From positions 6,695,859 through 6,759,858 of the forward strand of contig BFEA01000015.1 of the NCBI GenBank assembly GCA_003427395.1: a DNA stretch of 64,000 bases, given 5' to 3'. The notes beneath the pieces are model-generated. The model did not search any database. It was not told the DNA's origin and saw only the letters and a list, made by a program, of their open reading frames with translations. A program made the translations under genes and the position numbers. The DNA comes from Chara braunii. Taxonomy: Eukaryota; Plantae; Charophyceae. Of this stretch, positions 1-11,691 are shown piece by piece; the first letter of the stretch is position 1; every line of letters starts with the position of its first letter.

Positions 1-520
1 GCTAGTTTCGAATTGGAGAGGACCGTCAACCAAGATATATCCCTTTTTGCAATATGTGTATTTATTTATTTATTTTTATTTTTATTTTGTGATGTTAACC
101 GGGTTTGGATAAACCCATGTTTGGATAGATGGCCAGACGGGTGTTCGATCGGACATCTCGAATAACCAAGAGGGCCGCGAACATCCACCCTGATAACGTA
201 AGTTTAGATATACAATTTGAACCTTTGAACAAAATTTCGGCGACATTTATTAAACCAAGAGTTCCTTTGCGATTGTGAAATTTGCAATATGGCACGTAAT
301 GGTTTAAGGACATGTATGACTTTGTGAAGCTGGCTGTTCAAAAAAAAAAAAAAGAATTATAATTTATAAAATTTTTTGCTTATAAAATATACCAAATAAA
401 TTAACAAAAAAACATATTCATAAATTTTGTATTAAATCTTTCTTTGTCACAAAACAGTAATAATACTTTGTACTTCTACAAAAGAAGAAGAAATTTTACC
501 GAGAAGTTGATAGACTTTGT

Positions 521-620
521 TAGGGTTGCCGGCGTTCGGGACGGGCCAAATGCCCGAACCTGAACATTTGACCGTTCGGCACCCCCTCTCGACGCATTCG
601 GCTGTTCGACCGAATGCGGA

Positions 621-655
<35 letters not shown>

Positions 656-1281
656 CAAAAAATATGAAAAAAACTATATGTTATGAAGAAGAATAAACTT
701 AACAACATTTGCCCCATCATTACATCCAAATTCTTTACCAAAGTTGAAATACAAATCAAATGTTAAAAAAAATAATAATAATGAAAATAAAAAAAATGAA
801 AATGAAAATGAAATGATTGAGTCGGCGAGCACGTTTTGGACACCGTGGATATATATATATTTGTTTTGGCTGCGACAAATACCATGCAAATTTATATATG
901 TGTATATCTTACATATAACATAGAATGTCCAAATAAAGTTTGAAAAAATAATAATTTTTTAATGCACTGAAATAAAGGAAAAATGAAAAGTGAGAAGAGA
1001 AAAAAAACAAATTAGTGAGTGGGCAAGCAAGTTTTGACACCACCATCTTTCCCAATTTTTCATTTTTGTTTTGCTCAACAAAATGGCTTCACACTTAAAA
1101 GGGAAATACTTTACATCACAAAGAGATCACAAAAAAACCTTCAGAAAAGCAAAATAATATTTAGGTGCGAAAATATTTTTTTGTGAAATCCGAACCCCTT
1201 CGGGCCTCGTACGAGGATCCGGACGTTTGAACGTTCGGGGGTCAGCTTAGGGGCCTCCGTACGTTCGGCCTAACAACCCTA
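521..1281. mobile_element. Non-autonomous hAT-like DNA transposon
   Basis: Termini TAGGGTTG...CAACCCTA; flanks gactttgt/cactttgt form an 8-bp TSD with 1 mismatch; GTTCGG/CCGAAC subterminal motifs at both ends; AT-rich non-coding interior. Confidence 0.8.
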
Positions 1282-2389
1282 CACTTTGTCATATTTTGTT
1301 TTTATTTTTTTCGGCTTCGCTGCAAACAACAGGTTTACATCATTTTCACAAAATAACTTAAGTGTTATCTTGCATTCTAAGCAGCATGATAAATAACTAT
1401 CTTAATACCGAATGCAAATGTTTCTATGGAAAACCAGCAGAATTGTATGAGACGAGGGGTTCTTTTATGATATATAAAGTCACACATTCTCAAAATGCTG
1501 TACTTTTTTTAATTTATTACCACAAATAAAGACATCGTGTAGAAACTTTTAGTGAGTTCATCCGATAGATTATAAATAATAATACGTCAATCTATACTAG
1601 AGTAAAAAAAAAAGTTTAAAATTACAATTTGAGAGAAAAGAGAATCGCAAATTGCACTTCAAGCAATGTATAGAAGCCAACTTTCTAATCACGTAAGGTG
1701 TCATAGGGCTGTTTTTGTGATTGTACTAAAGTTACCCCTTATGAAAATTTTCTCTATATTATTAAAAACTGCAAGGGCCCAACGAAATTCGGTGTTGTGT
1801 GACAGACCCACAATGCGGCCCGAGTGAGGTCCCCACGCAGTGCAGGAGTGAAGGGCGTGTGCTGGAAACGTTGTGGGTTTCCGCGGGCGTCCTGGGCCAA
1901 GTAGGAGCTGATGCGGGGAGTGAGCAAATAGTTCACACAGGGTTTTTTCAAGGTACTGCTGCCAACCGTTAGTGCAGCAAATAATGCAATTACCACTGTT
2001 GCAGCAGTGCCTGCAACAATTGCTACCACAACTTGTTTATTTTTTCTCCAATTTTTACATGGTTGCAATTTTTTTATTGGAGATCTTGACAGCAAACGCA
2101 GATGGTTTTGCATGTTACAAGATATGTGGTCTCTCCACATTCATAAAGAACCCGATGTTTGGAATCCCGAACAAGTGGATTTTCAGACATCCGATCCAAG
2201 AATGACCATTTCGTCAAAATGAACATTTTTATTTTTTGAACGAAATTGAAACCGAGTTTTTTGATCGAAAACTCGTGAAAATTTGTTGTTCCTTAGGGTC
2301 TGGCGTTTCTAAAACACTGGAATCCCTGGATGTACGTGGACCTAGCTTGAGACCAGGTACCTCCAAGCCGCGGGAAGGTAGGAAAGAAG

Positions 2390-2830
2390 GTGTGCTCACA
2401 CCAACGTGAATGCTCATGTGAATGGATCTGAGCAAAACTACAGTCGGATTCAACTTCTGTTTTTTGTGTTTTCTTTTTCTTCTTTTGTTTTCTTTTGGTT
2501 GCCCTGCCCACGAGGTAGGGTGCTATATACGGACACGTAATACATTGAGGCCAACAACATAATCACAGATGAATTACAAATGTTATATGTCACGAAGTTC
2601 ATGTCCGAATTGGAAAATGAAAGAAAAAAAAAAACAACTGCAGTGGGAGGAAAGACATTGGGGAACACTGTGAAGCAAATGTGCTCACACCATCACTACT
2701 TGCGAATGCATATGAGCAGAACTACAACCAGGTTTAACTTTTTTTTTTTTTTTTTTTTTCTTCTTTTGTTTTCATTTGGTTGCACTACCTGCGAGGCAGG
2801 GCGCTGCACAGGGACTCTTGACACATAATC
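2390..2830. repeat. Diverged direct duplication (~290-bp period)
   Basis: The block tgtgctcacacca...gagca(a/g)aactaca...T-run...cgagg(t/c)aggg occurs at ~2391-2545 and again at ~2680-2828. Confidence 0.6.
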
Positions 2831-4654
2831 TCACCTCAACTCGATTTTGTATATCTGATCGTTTTTTCGTTCATAGTGTTCTTGCTATTTTTATTATTTT
2901 TTGCCTCAACATGTACTGTCGTGATCAATGCCCTCGCTAAGGGCATACTCTCATTGATACCCGACAACTGACTCCACAACTGAGCATGTTTTTGCTGTTT
3001 TTTTGCTACGTTTTTTTTTTCTTTTTCATTTTGTCGGATCACCAGAAAAGAAATACATTGAAACCCAGACCTGACGGAACTCAGTGCATAGTGAAATTTC
3101 AGGGTCGGCAAAAACAGGATCGGAGGTAGTGGTGGTTTAACGATAAAAAAGTAGGATCCCAGCATAACCCGGATCCACTTGCCCAGCCGGGCAGAAAAAA
3201 TAAATAATTGAATAAATATTTTTTAACCTTATTTTTATTCTAAATTTTGATAAAGAATTTCGCTCTGACCCGAGGATAAAAGTTGTTTAGGTCAACGTTG
3301 CCACTTGTATGTACCCTCATACGAGTACGGATTCGTACTCTTGTACTCGTACACTAGGGTCCCCGTACTCGTTTTTTTTTTTTTTTTTTTTTTTTAATCC
3401 GGTAGTGTTTTTATTGTTTTTCTCCAAATCTAATAAGAATCTGAAGATGATGCTCAGCCAAATGTTGCTTGTTTTATGTTGTTGCATCACATATGTTTTT
3501 TTCGGATTTTTTTGATGACTTTGTTTGTTTTTTGTTTTTTTTTGCTTTTTCGTACGGGGGCGTACAAGACGTACAGGTTTCCGTACAGGTTCCCGTACAG
3601 ATCCCATACAGATATTACCTGTACGTTTCATACTGAAAGGCCCCGTACGTGGACTCTATGCAACGTAGGCTTAGGTTTAACATAGTTTTTTTTTTTTTTT
3701 CCTGTCGGGGCGTTCATTGACCTATGTACAACCGGGTTGCCCGGGCGGCCCGACTGGTAGCCTAGGGAAAAAATAGTTATAAGCATTAGTCATCGTAAAA
3801 TGTTTTGGCAAGCACAAGCAGATTCTATGGTAATCAATTTATGACAAAAGGATTAAAGTTGATATCTAAGAAAATTTTGTTAAGTTGTCAATATCTTTAT
3901 TTATCATGAAAAATTATCACGACAGGAAGCAGATATAAGAGGATAAATGAAGTAGAAATTAAAGAGTTGAATTATGGAGGAGTCGATTTATGACTGAAGC
4001 CTGAACGAATAAAAAAGTTAAGAAAATAATTAATGCGTTATTAAAAAAAAATGCTTACCATGTAGAGCTTTAAATCCCTGGTTACTGGTGTTTTTATTTT
4101 GGGTGCCTTGTGCAGTCTTCAACTCACAATTTTGCCCACAAAGGATTTTGTGCGTTATATAGAGATGGATGATAATAAGCAATTATTGCATAAATTGTAT
4201 TTGTTTTATGCATAAATGAAAACACAGAGTAAAGGGGGAAGATAAAGGAAGAAAGTGGAAGGGACAAAGAAGGCAAGGAAAAAATGAGGGACATACTGGT
4301 AAGACGAGAATTACAACAGAGGTTGGGACACATGAGTGAGGCTCAATACATCAACCCACACATTGTGCACAAAAATTCAAGGGATATAGTAGGCAGAAAA
4401 GTCAATAGAAGGTGAAGTAATGGATGCGAACGCTACATCGACATTCAAATAAAAAAAACCTATGAATATATATTATATCAAGTTTTATCTTGTTCTCCCT
4501 ATATTTCCATAGAGGAAAAAGGAAGTTAAGGATTCTCACAAATACAAAGGGTAAAGATGAAAAATTCGCCCTGGGCTAATAGGTGGTGATTTATTGACAG
4601 CCCCTTGAATTGTGAAATTTTGAAATGAAAAAAAGAGAAAGAGTATAAGACCCA

Positions 4655-6429
4655 TGTGACGGACCCGCCGGGATGGAGGTCCGGCAGGTTCTAGACAAAG
4701 GGATGAGCATGGGGGATATGGAGATGGAGCTCGAAGGGACACCGCAACTCCAACGCAGACTCAATGCACACAAACTCCAAACTGTGCAAATGAAGAATGT
4801 ATGAAAAACAGACAACAACTGAAGTATACCCCCAGTGGACTGAGTGGACTCGGCTGGACTAGCCTGGTACCAACAATGGTACCGGGTAGGACTGAACTGG
4901 ACTGGAACAACACATGACCTGTGGGGTCAGACCACGGCCTAGTCCCACAGGCCGAACATGCAAATAGCCCGGTAAGCCCTGGCTGTAGGCCAGGGTAGAT
5001 AGAGGCCCGGTGCACCATCCTCAGACCTGTAGTGGATTGCAAGAGCCATAAAGACGTTATCCGCAAAAACAGCAGAACTCTGCAATGAAGAAAGCTGATA
5101 AATTTAGGACGCGGAGCAAACTCCGTGCGAAGTCCATGCGATGCAGTCTAAGATACGTAATATCAAATGAAAAATAAAAGTCTGGTATACACATCATGAC
5201 TAATAGCAGAAAATGACATGTAGCAAGATACAATCCTAATCCTTGAGGTAATTATCTCATTGCGGAAAGGGGAAAAAAAAGCAATATGTCACAAGTAATG
5301 TCATGTCGCTGAACCACTCAGAGTGGGATGGTCTCGGAGGGGGTGAATGCAAGCTAAGAATCGAAACTCCTAAGGGTAGTCACACAAGAGGTGGGGTAGG
5401 TCATCAGGCTCAAGGTGAGGGAGTGGTAGCGATGCAAAACCAATGACCCTAACAGATAGACCATCAAGGTGGGTAATGCTCGACGAAAGGGTGACACCAT
5501 GCAGGGTCGACCATGAAAAGGGGAACATGAAATAGGTTGGACATATGCCTAGTTTAAGGCATGCAATGGTCGACACTAGGGTGATGAGGGATGCAATGGG
5601 TGAGAGAAACATGCACACAACTCATCGACTGGGGAGAGAGTTAGATCTGGAAGCAGGAAGTCAAGATAACGCTACAGTGATAATGCCTATGCGATACCAA
5701 GGGAGAAACCGACGCAAAGAGACCCATCTAAGTGAGAACCACCATGCCACACATGCAAGGGAATATATAGGGTATGGTGTTGGTTGAAGTAGTCACGTCC
5801 AAAGTAACTAAAACCGATAAGATGGCTGAAGTCGAGAAGGTACCTGAAGTCGTCGAAGTGGTCGATGACGTCGATGAAGTAGGAGTCTGGTCGATGTCGA
5901 AGCAGAGCCGCAAAATGCTGACATCTTGAAGAAGCTAATGATAGAGCACCTGAAGGTGTGAATAAGTAAGAAGAAGTGGGTGATCGGAGTGTCAGTCGTC
6001 GAGACGCCGAGCGTGTCCACGACTGCGCTGTGGACGCGTGGAGGCGTAGGTCTGCTGCGGAAAAACGACCTCAGAGAAAGCGGGCTTATCCTCAGCAATC
6101 TCCTCAGCTGAAGGAGGAGGAAGAGGGTCAGTCGGCTGAGTAGGAGCAGATGTATCAGCACGATGCGCACGATCATATGCACGCACCAACATCCGGGCGT
6201 GCTCCAAGTGCTCGAGGAACTCCCAAGTAGCCTCTTCATCAGAATAGTCCTTCCAACGCAGAAGGTAGTTGATGCGTGGAGGGGCATTGTCAGTAACTCG
6301 GCGAGATACGTTGTCACTTTGCGAGATACGATGTCAGAAACAACGAACTTCGCTTGATCGTCCACCATGGAGGCCGCTGTCGAGCGCATCGGCCCCCGCG
6401 TAAGCGAGGGCCCTCCCGGCTATGTCACA
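4655..6429 (-). mobile_element. LTR of the same family as 21979-22330 (solo or 3' LTR; right boundary uncertain)
   Basis: Starts TGTGACGGAC, and 4655-5010 aligns with 21979-22330. Candidate other end is ...GTCACA at 6429. No TSD or polypurine tract found. Confidence 0.55.
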
Positions 6430-8959
6430 CAGGATTAAAACCAAACCAAAACAAAATAGGAGACAACTTAGGAACGACGCATACATAATCCCACGAGCCG
6501 CCGAGACGGGCACGGTCGCGTCGTTCCTTCGCCGCTTTAGCCGGGTGCGCCAGCTGTACATCCCGCGGTCCCCTACAACAGGATAGGTTCCTGCGGGGCA
6601 TAAACTTCCCTTCCCTAAGGGGCTGTCACCACCCTTAGGGGCGTATCCCTACCGAGTTACTGACCCACGTGCAAAAGATTTTAGATGCAATTACAGAGGT
6701 AGGTCAGCCGAGGGCGATTTCTCACTCGCTGTAGCATAGATACGCTTGGTTACTGCCAAGTGGACCCAAACGTCGCCCGTTCCTTAGGGCGCTGATCTCC
6801 TAAGTACGACGGGGACGTCGGTCGACTAGGACGGTCTCAACCAAGCGTGAAACCACAACTCATCCAAGTCCCTTAAACAAAAAAAAAAAAAAAATTAAAA
6901 CACACATAATTTCATCGAAAAGAATCAACCGTAGTCGACAGAGACATACCCAATCTGAGATGATAACTGAAAAGGTTAAATCATCATGTGATACATCCAA
7001 CAACTCAAAATCAAGATAAAATCCGACCACCCCGGGTCAAATTCCACAAAACAATCATACAGCCGCCAACAAGGAGTTGGCTTCCAACAATCACATAGAT
7101 GCAGCCGACATGGTAGTTGGTCGCCTTAGTTTTGACTTGATGAGACGCGTTGCCAAAGTTATTCATTCCACCGTATCGCTGTCCTAAGATTAAACACGCA
7201 TACACCTGTCTCCACACATTTTCAATCCTCTTGGATGACAGGTTGCCTCGCGGATGATTCTTGATCAGGTGCATGGCTTGTAGTTTTGCATACCTCGCTC
7301 TCTAGGAAGTGGTCTGTGGATACTCTTTCCCCCAGCCCGAGCCCGAAGACCCGGAGCTCAGAGGTTGGGCCGTCACCACCGAGTCGGCAAAGTACCACGC
7401 CCGACGAGTCGGGTCCACTCCATGTCGATAACAGGGCCGACTCCAAAAGCATACGAACCCCCGCCTTGGATGCTTTCCAGAGAACAGAGAATGCGTTCAC
7501 CGCAAGTAGTTTTCAATTATTCTCATTCCTTCTCGATTCACGATGACTTAAACATAAAGAAATTGCATGAGATAGAGAATGAGAATCATTTTGACAAATA
7601 CAGGTAGATAAAATCATTTGGGATAGAATACATCAATCCCGGAAACTAAGTTCAATTGACTGCACCTTCATTATATTCACAAGTTTTATTTCACGGTACC
7701 CGTTGAATACTTTTATCATGCAGGCAGATGGAAGATTGAAAGAGAACAATCCTTTTCCTTTTCCCCAGCAGACAAAATCAGTCTCCATAGCAAACATCCA
7801 TCTACCTACCTGCACAGCATGCAAAGAAAACGAGTTAAAAAAAAAACAGTACAATCCCAGACTCACGTCAGACCTTCCCATTCACCGGCATGACTCACAA
7901 AGCTTCCCTTTGCCTTTTCTTTTGAACATTCAACACAACAAGGTCACACAAAGTGTGGGTTCACCCACGTGTGAAGGGAAATCTGAGTCAATCAACAGAC
8001 CTTGAGTGAAGTTTGAATTGGCGCACTCAAGAAAACCGAATAATATTCCAATCAAAGTTGAGAAGACGACCACAGTTGAAGTTCAAATAAAAGCTTACAA
8101 CTCCACAATTTGTGGCCGTTCCGCTGAACGACGGCCGCCTCACTCTCCAAGTGCTGGAATGAGCGAAAGTCACTTCTAATGAGAAACTCAAGTGAGATAA
8201 CCCTCCAGGAGGGTGTTCCCATGAATGAGTCTCCATGTAGTTCCCATGTCCCAATGACACCGTGTCTTCTAAGGATAGTTCCTCCCAAACAAAAGTCCTC
8301 GCCGTCTCAAATCACCATGCCCGCTCACAATAACCATACTAACGTGTCGACCTCAACCTCAAAATTCGTCCCACCTGGTCCCAAAATGGTCCTAATGCAG
8401 TCCCATACTATGGCCCGCAATACTAGATGGTCCAGAACTCAAAACCGTTTGCACCGCATGCCGCAAAAAAAATAAAAATGGGCCCCGGTGAAACCCCAGG
8501 TGCTACAGCCCAGTAATTATTGTCGCCTCATGCAATAGCTCTGCACTTTCTGCATGCCGTTGACCCACGCACCCCTGTCGCACAGTCCCAACCACGCATC
8601 AGCGCCAGCCCCAACCTCGAGGCCACACTGGGATCCACCATAGCCACTGCGTACCACAAAAATACATGGACCATTGCTTGTTGCGCCATCAAACCCGATA
8701 CCATGGCTGGCCCGCAGCATCACTGCAAGATCACANAAAAAAAAACCGCCTCCGCTGTAACGCAAAAGATCCACAACATTTTCTCTCACAATGGTACCGC
8801 CGATGTGCAGCCAACCGAACAACATAACCCCAATAAAAATAATGCTGACACCACCGCCAATTTCGGCAGCATGATCCCACCGGATACACTTTCGTTGATC
8901 GAGCGGCACCTCCCTGAGCCAATGTCTTGTCACCGCGCTATGCAAACATCCTAACGTCA

Positions 8960-9230
8960 GCACCGTTAAAAAAATCACTGCCGCCGCAAAATCCGGGCAG
9001 CGCTTCCGCGCCGCTGCCGTTAAAACTGGCGCCGCCGCCACAAAACCCGGGCAGCGCTTCCGCACCGCCACCAAAACTTACTGCCGATGCCGCACCAAAC
9101 GGGCAGCACTCCCCCTGCGCTGTCAAGAAGCTCACTACCATTGTCGTACCAAACGGGCAGCACTTCCCTTGCGTCACAAAAAAAATCACTGTTGCTGCCA
9201 CACCAAACGGGCAGCACCTCCCCTGCGTCA
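8960..9230. repeat. Short degenerate tandem repeats
   Basis: Two copies of ccgc(a/c)..aaa.ccgggcagcgcttccgc and three copies of accaaacgggcagcac..ccc.tgcg (~54-57-bp period). Confidence 0.6.
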
Positions 9231-10803
9231 TCCGCAGTTATGGCTGCACAGCAGCAGCATCTCCCCCTGACCGCAAGCCTCCTCAGCTCCTCTTCCAACT
9301 AAGCCGCGGCTGCAGGGCTCCAACAACCTCCTCCCTCCCTGCAGAGGTGGTGGCTATGGCAGCCTCGAGCCTCAACCTCCCTGCAAACCTCCTGCGCTTC
9401 TTCCTTCCGCTGAGGTGATCGCTATGGCTGTGCCCCACAACTATGTCCACCTCCAGCAATCTCTCTCTTAGCTCTCCCTTTCTCTGCAGACCTCCACCCT
9501 CACTCTCTCTCTCTCTCTAGCCAGCAGCAGCTCCTCCTCCAGCAGCCAGCAATCACCCAAGTGAGTTGCTAGCAGCACCAGCCACCAATGATTGCTGGTT
9601 GGCTGGCTGCTGGCTGCTTTTATAGTTAAGGGAGGTGGTGGTAGCAGCTTGAGCTCTCAGCCAAAAATTTGAGCTCAGGCTGGGCCCTTGATCTCCAAGT
9701 GAGATCAAGGGCACATACCAGCCCCACACAAAAAGAAGGCCAGGTCCATCCACTAGGAAAAGGACCTGGCTCTTTCCCTGAGGTAAATTCAGCAAGGGGA
9801 GGCTGTATTCAGCCACTCCCTTGTTGGACTGCTACTGCTGAGGCTCAGCCTCAGCAATGCATCTCCTCCTAAACCTTGCCAGGTTCAGAGCCAATTTCCT
9901 AGCTGGTTTGCTGCACCAAGTGCAACAAACCACTTTATAACTTGGCCCCGACAGAGGCCAGGTGCACATACCCAAAAGCAAAAAAATTACAGCTCCCCCT
10001 AAGCCTGGCCATATTCAGTGCTAGTCCCCTAGTTGGTCTGCCGCACCAAGTGCAGCAAACCACTTGAGAACCTGGCCCCAATAGTGGCCAGGTGCACACA
10101 CATCCCCTAATTTTGCTGCTTTTTTTTTTTTTTGCAGCCTCGTTTTTCCTCAACAAAGGAAAAACAAGGTAAGAGTCAAAAAAAAGAAAAAACCTTCCCT
10201 CATGGTGCCCCAAGGGCAGCTTGTCTGCTAAAACGCAGACCCAAGCTCAAATCCAGCTGCATATGGCGCAGCTCTCCCCACGCACCACTCCACAAGCCTC
10301 ATAGCGCTTGAGCCTCCCCTTTTCTTTTTGCTTTTTNNNNNNNNNNNNNNNNNNNNNNNNNNNNNNNNNNNNNNNNNNNNNNNNNNNNNNNNNNNNNNNN
10401 NNNNNNNNNNNNNNNNNNNNNNNNNNNNNNNNNNNNNNNNNNNNNNNNNNNNNNNNNNNNNNNNNNNNNNNNNNNNNNNNNNNNNNNNNNNNNNNNNNNN
10501 NNNNNNNNNNNNNNNNNNNNNNNNNNNNNNNNNNNNNNNNNNNNNNNNNNNNNNNNNNNNNNNNNNNNNNNNNNNNNNNNNNNNNNNNNNNNNNNNNNNN
10601 NNNNNNNNNNNNNNNNNNNNNNNNNNNNNNNNNNNNNNNNNNNNNNNNNNNNNNNNNNNNNNNNNNNNNNNNNNNNNNNNNNNNNNNNNNNNNNNNNNNN
10701 NNNNNNNNNNNNNNNNNNNNNNNNNNNNNNNNNNNNNNNNNNNNNNNNNNNNNNNNNNNNNNNNNNNNNNNNNNNNNNNNNNNNNNNNNNNNNNNNNNNN
10801 NNN

Positions 10804-10834
10804 TTATACACATCTAGATGTGTATAAGAGACAG
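10804..10834. other. Nextera mate-pair junction adapter (assembly artefact)
   Basis: TTATACACATCT-AGATGTGTATAAGAGACAG is a pair of back-to-back Tn5 mosaic ends, directly after an N gap. Confidence 0.97.
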
Positions 10835-10843
10835 CCCCATAAC

Positions 10844-11691
10844 TGTTGAAATACAGACCCGATTTCGAAGCCCGCTGGGCTCGAAAGGAAAAGAAGTCGG
10901 GCCTTTCCTCGATTTATGCGTGTCATCCTTGCACAGGGTCATTCCAATCTCCGTGCGGCTGTTTTCAGCCACGCGATTTGATCGATCGCACGGCCGAAAC
11001 GGCCGCACCAAAAGGCTGGGCTGCTCCAAAAGGAGCTAGCCCAGTGGCGCAACGTGCTGGATTCGACCCCAGCATATGTTGGGCAAGAGTCTGATATGAT
11101 ATCCCACAGGCCTAGCTCCTATTTCACGTTGAAATAGAAGGAAATAGGAGCAACTCTTCGTTTATGAAGAGCTCAGCCCAGTGCGGCACCCCACATGGCC
11201 TTACGCAGGCCACGCCTGCGTACTCCAACAGCCACAACTGCTGGCCAGCCACGCTGCCGCGAACACGGCGATCGCCTGACGGCACAACACGCTTGCCACG
11301 ACCACGTAGTACACTGCACGGCCACCTATTCGGCCCTCTAAGGCCCTAAATCACGTGGCCACGGTCGTGCATTATTATTATTATTAATTTTTTTATTATT
11401 TTATTTTATTTATTTATTTATTTTTATTATTAGCATTCCCAAGACCGTATGCCCCTGCGGCCTTGTCAGGACCCGCGGCCGACAGGTCGTACTGCCGAAT
11501 ACTGCTCTTTCGGTCGGACGTCAACGACGTCAAGTTCTAAAAAAAAAGTGTCTCTGGGTCATAGGGTTGGTGTGAATAAACTTTTGACAACCATCAGTCT
11601 CATCAAGTCTTTCAATTCAGCGAAAGAGTTGGACTGCGTCCGACGTTGAAAATCATGGGCAAATACCCTTGTCAGGGTATTTGCCCCGACA
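10844..11691 (-). mobile_element. Putative LTR (TG...CA, 848 bp) that truncates the gypsy integrase; hairpin-dense
   Basis: On the minus strand the integrase frame (...GRPYER) switches abruptly to TGTCGGGG at 11691. The segment ends ...TATTTCAACA at 10844 and is followed by GTTATGGGG, which resembles a half-tRNA-iMet PBS. A similar junction sequence recurs at 62411-62447. Confidence 0.45.
10887..11008 (-). ncRNA. Divergent U6 snRNA-like sequence
   Basis: The minus strand reads GTGCGGCCGTTTCGGCCGTGC (5' stem-loop), GATCGATCAAAT, ...ACGGAGATTGGAATGACCCTGTGCAAGGATGACACGCATAAATCGAGGAAAGGCCCGACTTCTTTT. The 3' half closely matches plant U6. Confidence 0.75.

Noticed and set aside
10804-10834. Tn5 mosaic-end palindrome suggesting a bacterial transposon
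   Set aside because: It is the Nextera mate-pair junction adapter at a gap edge, so a library artefact.
10247-10849. Long ORFs spanning N runs or microsatellites (also near 32100-32900, 42940-43340 and 63320-63765)
   Set aside because: Artefacts of assembly gaps and dinucleotide repeats.
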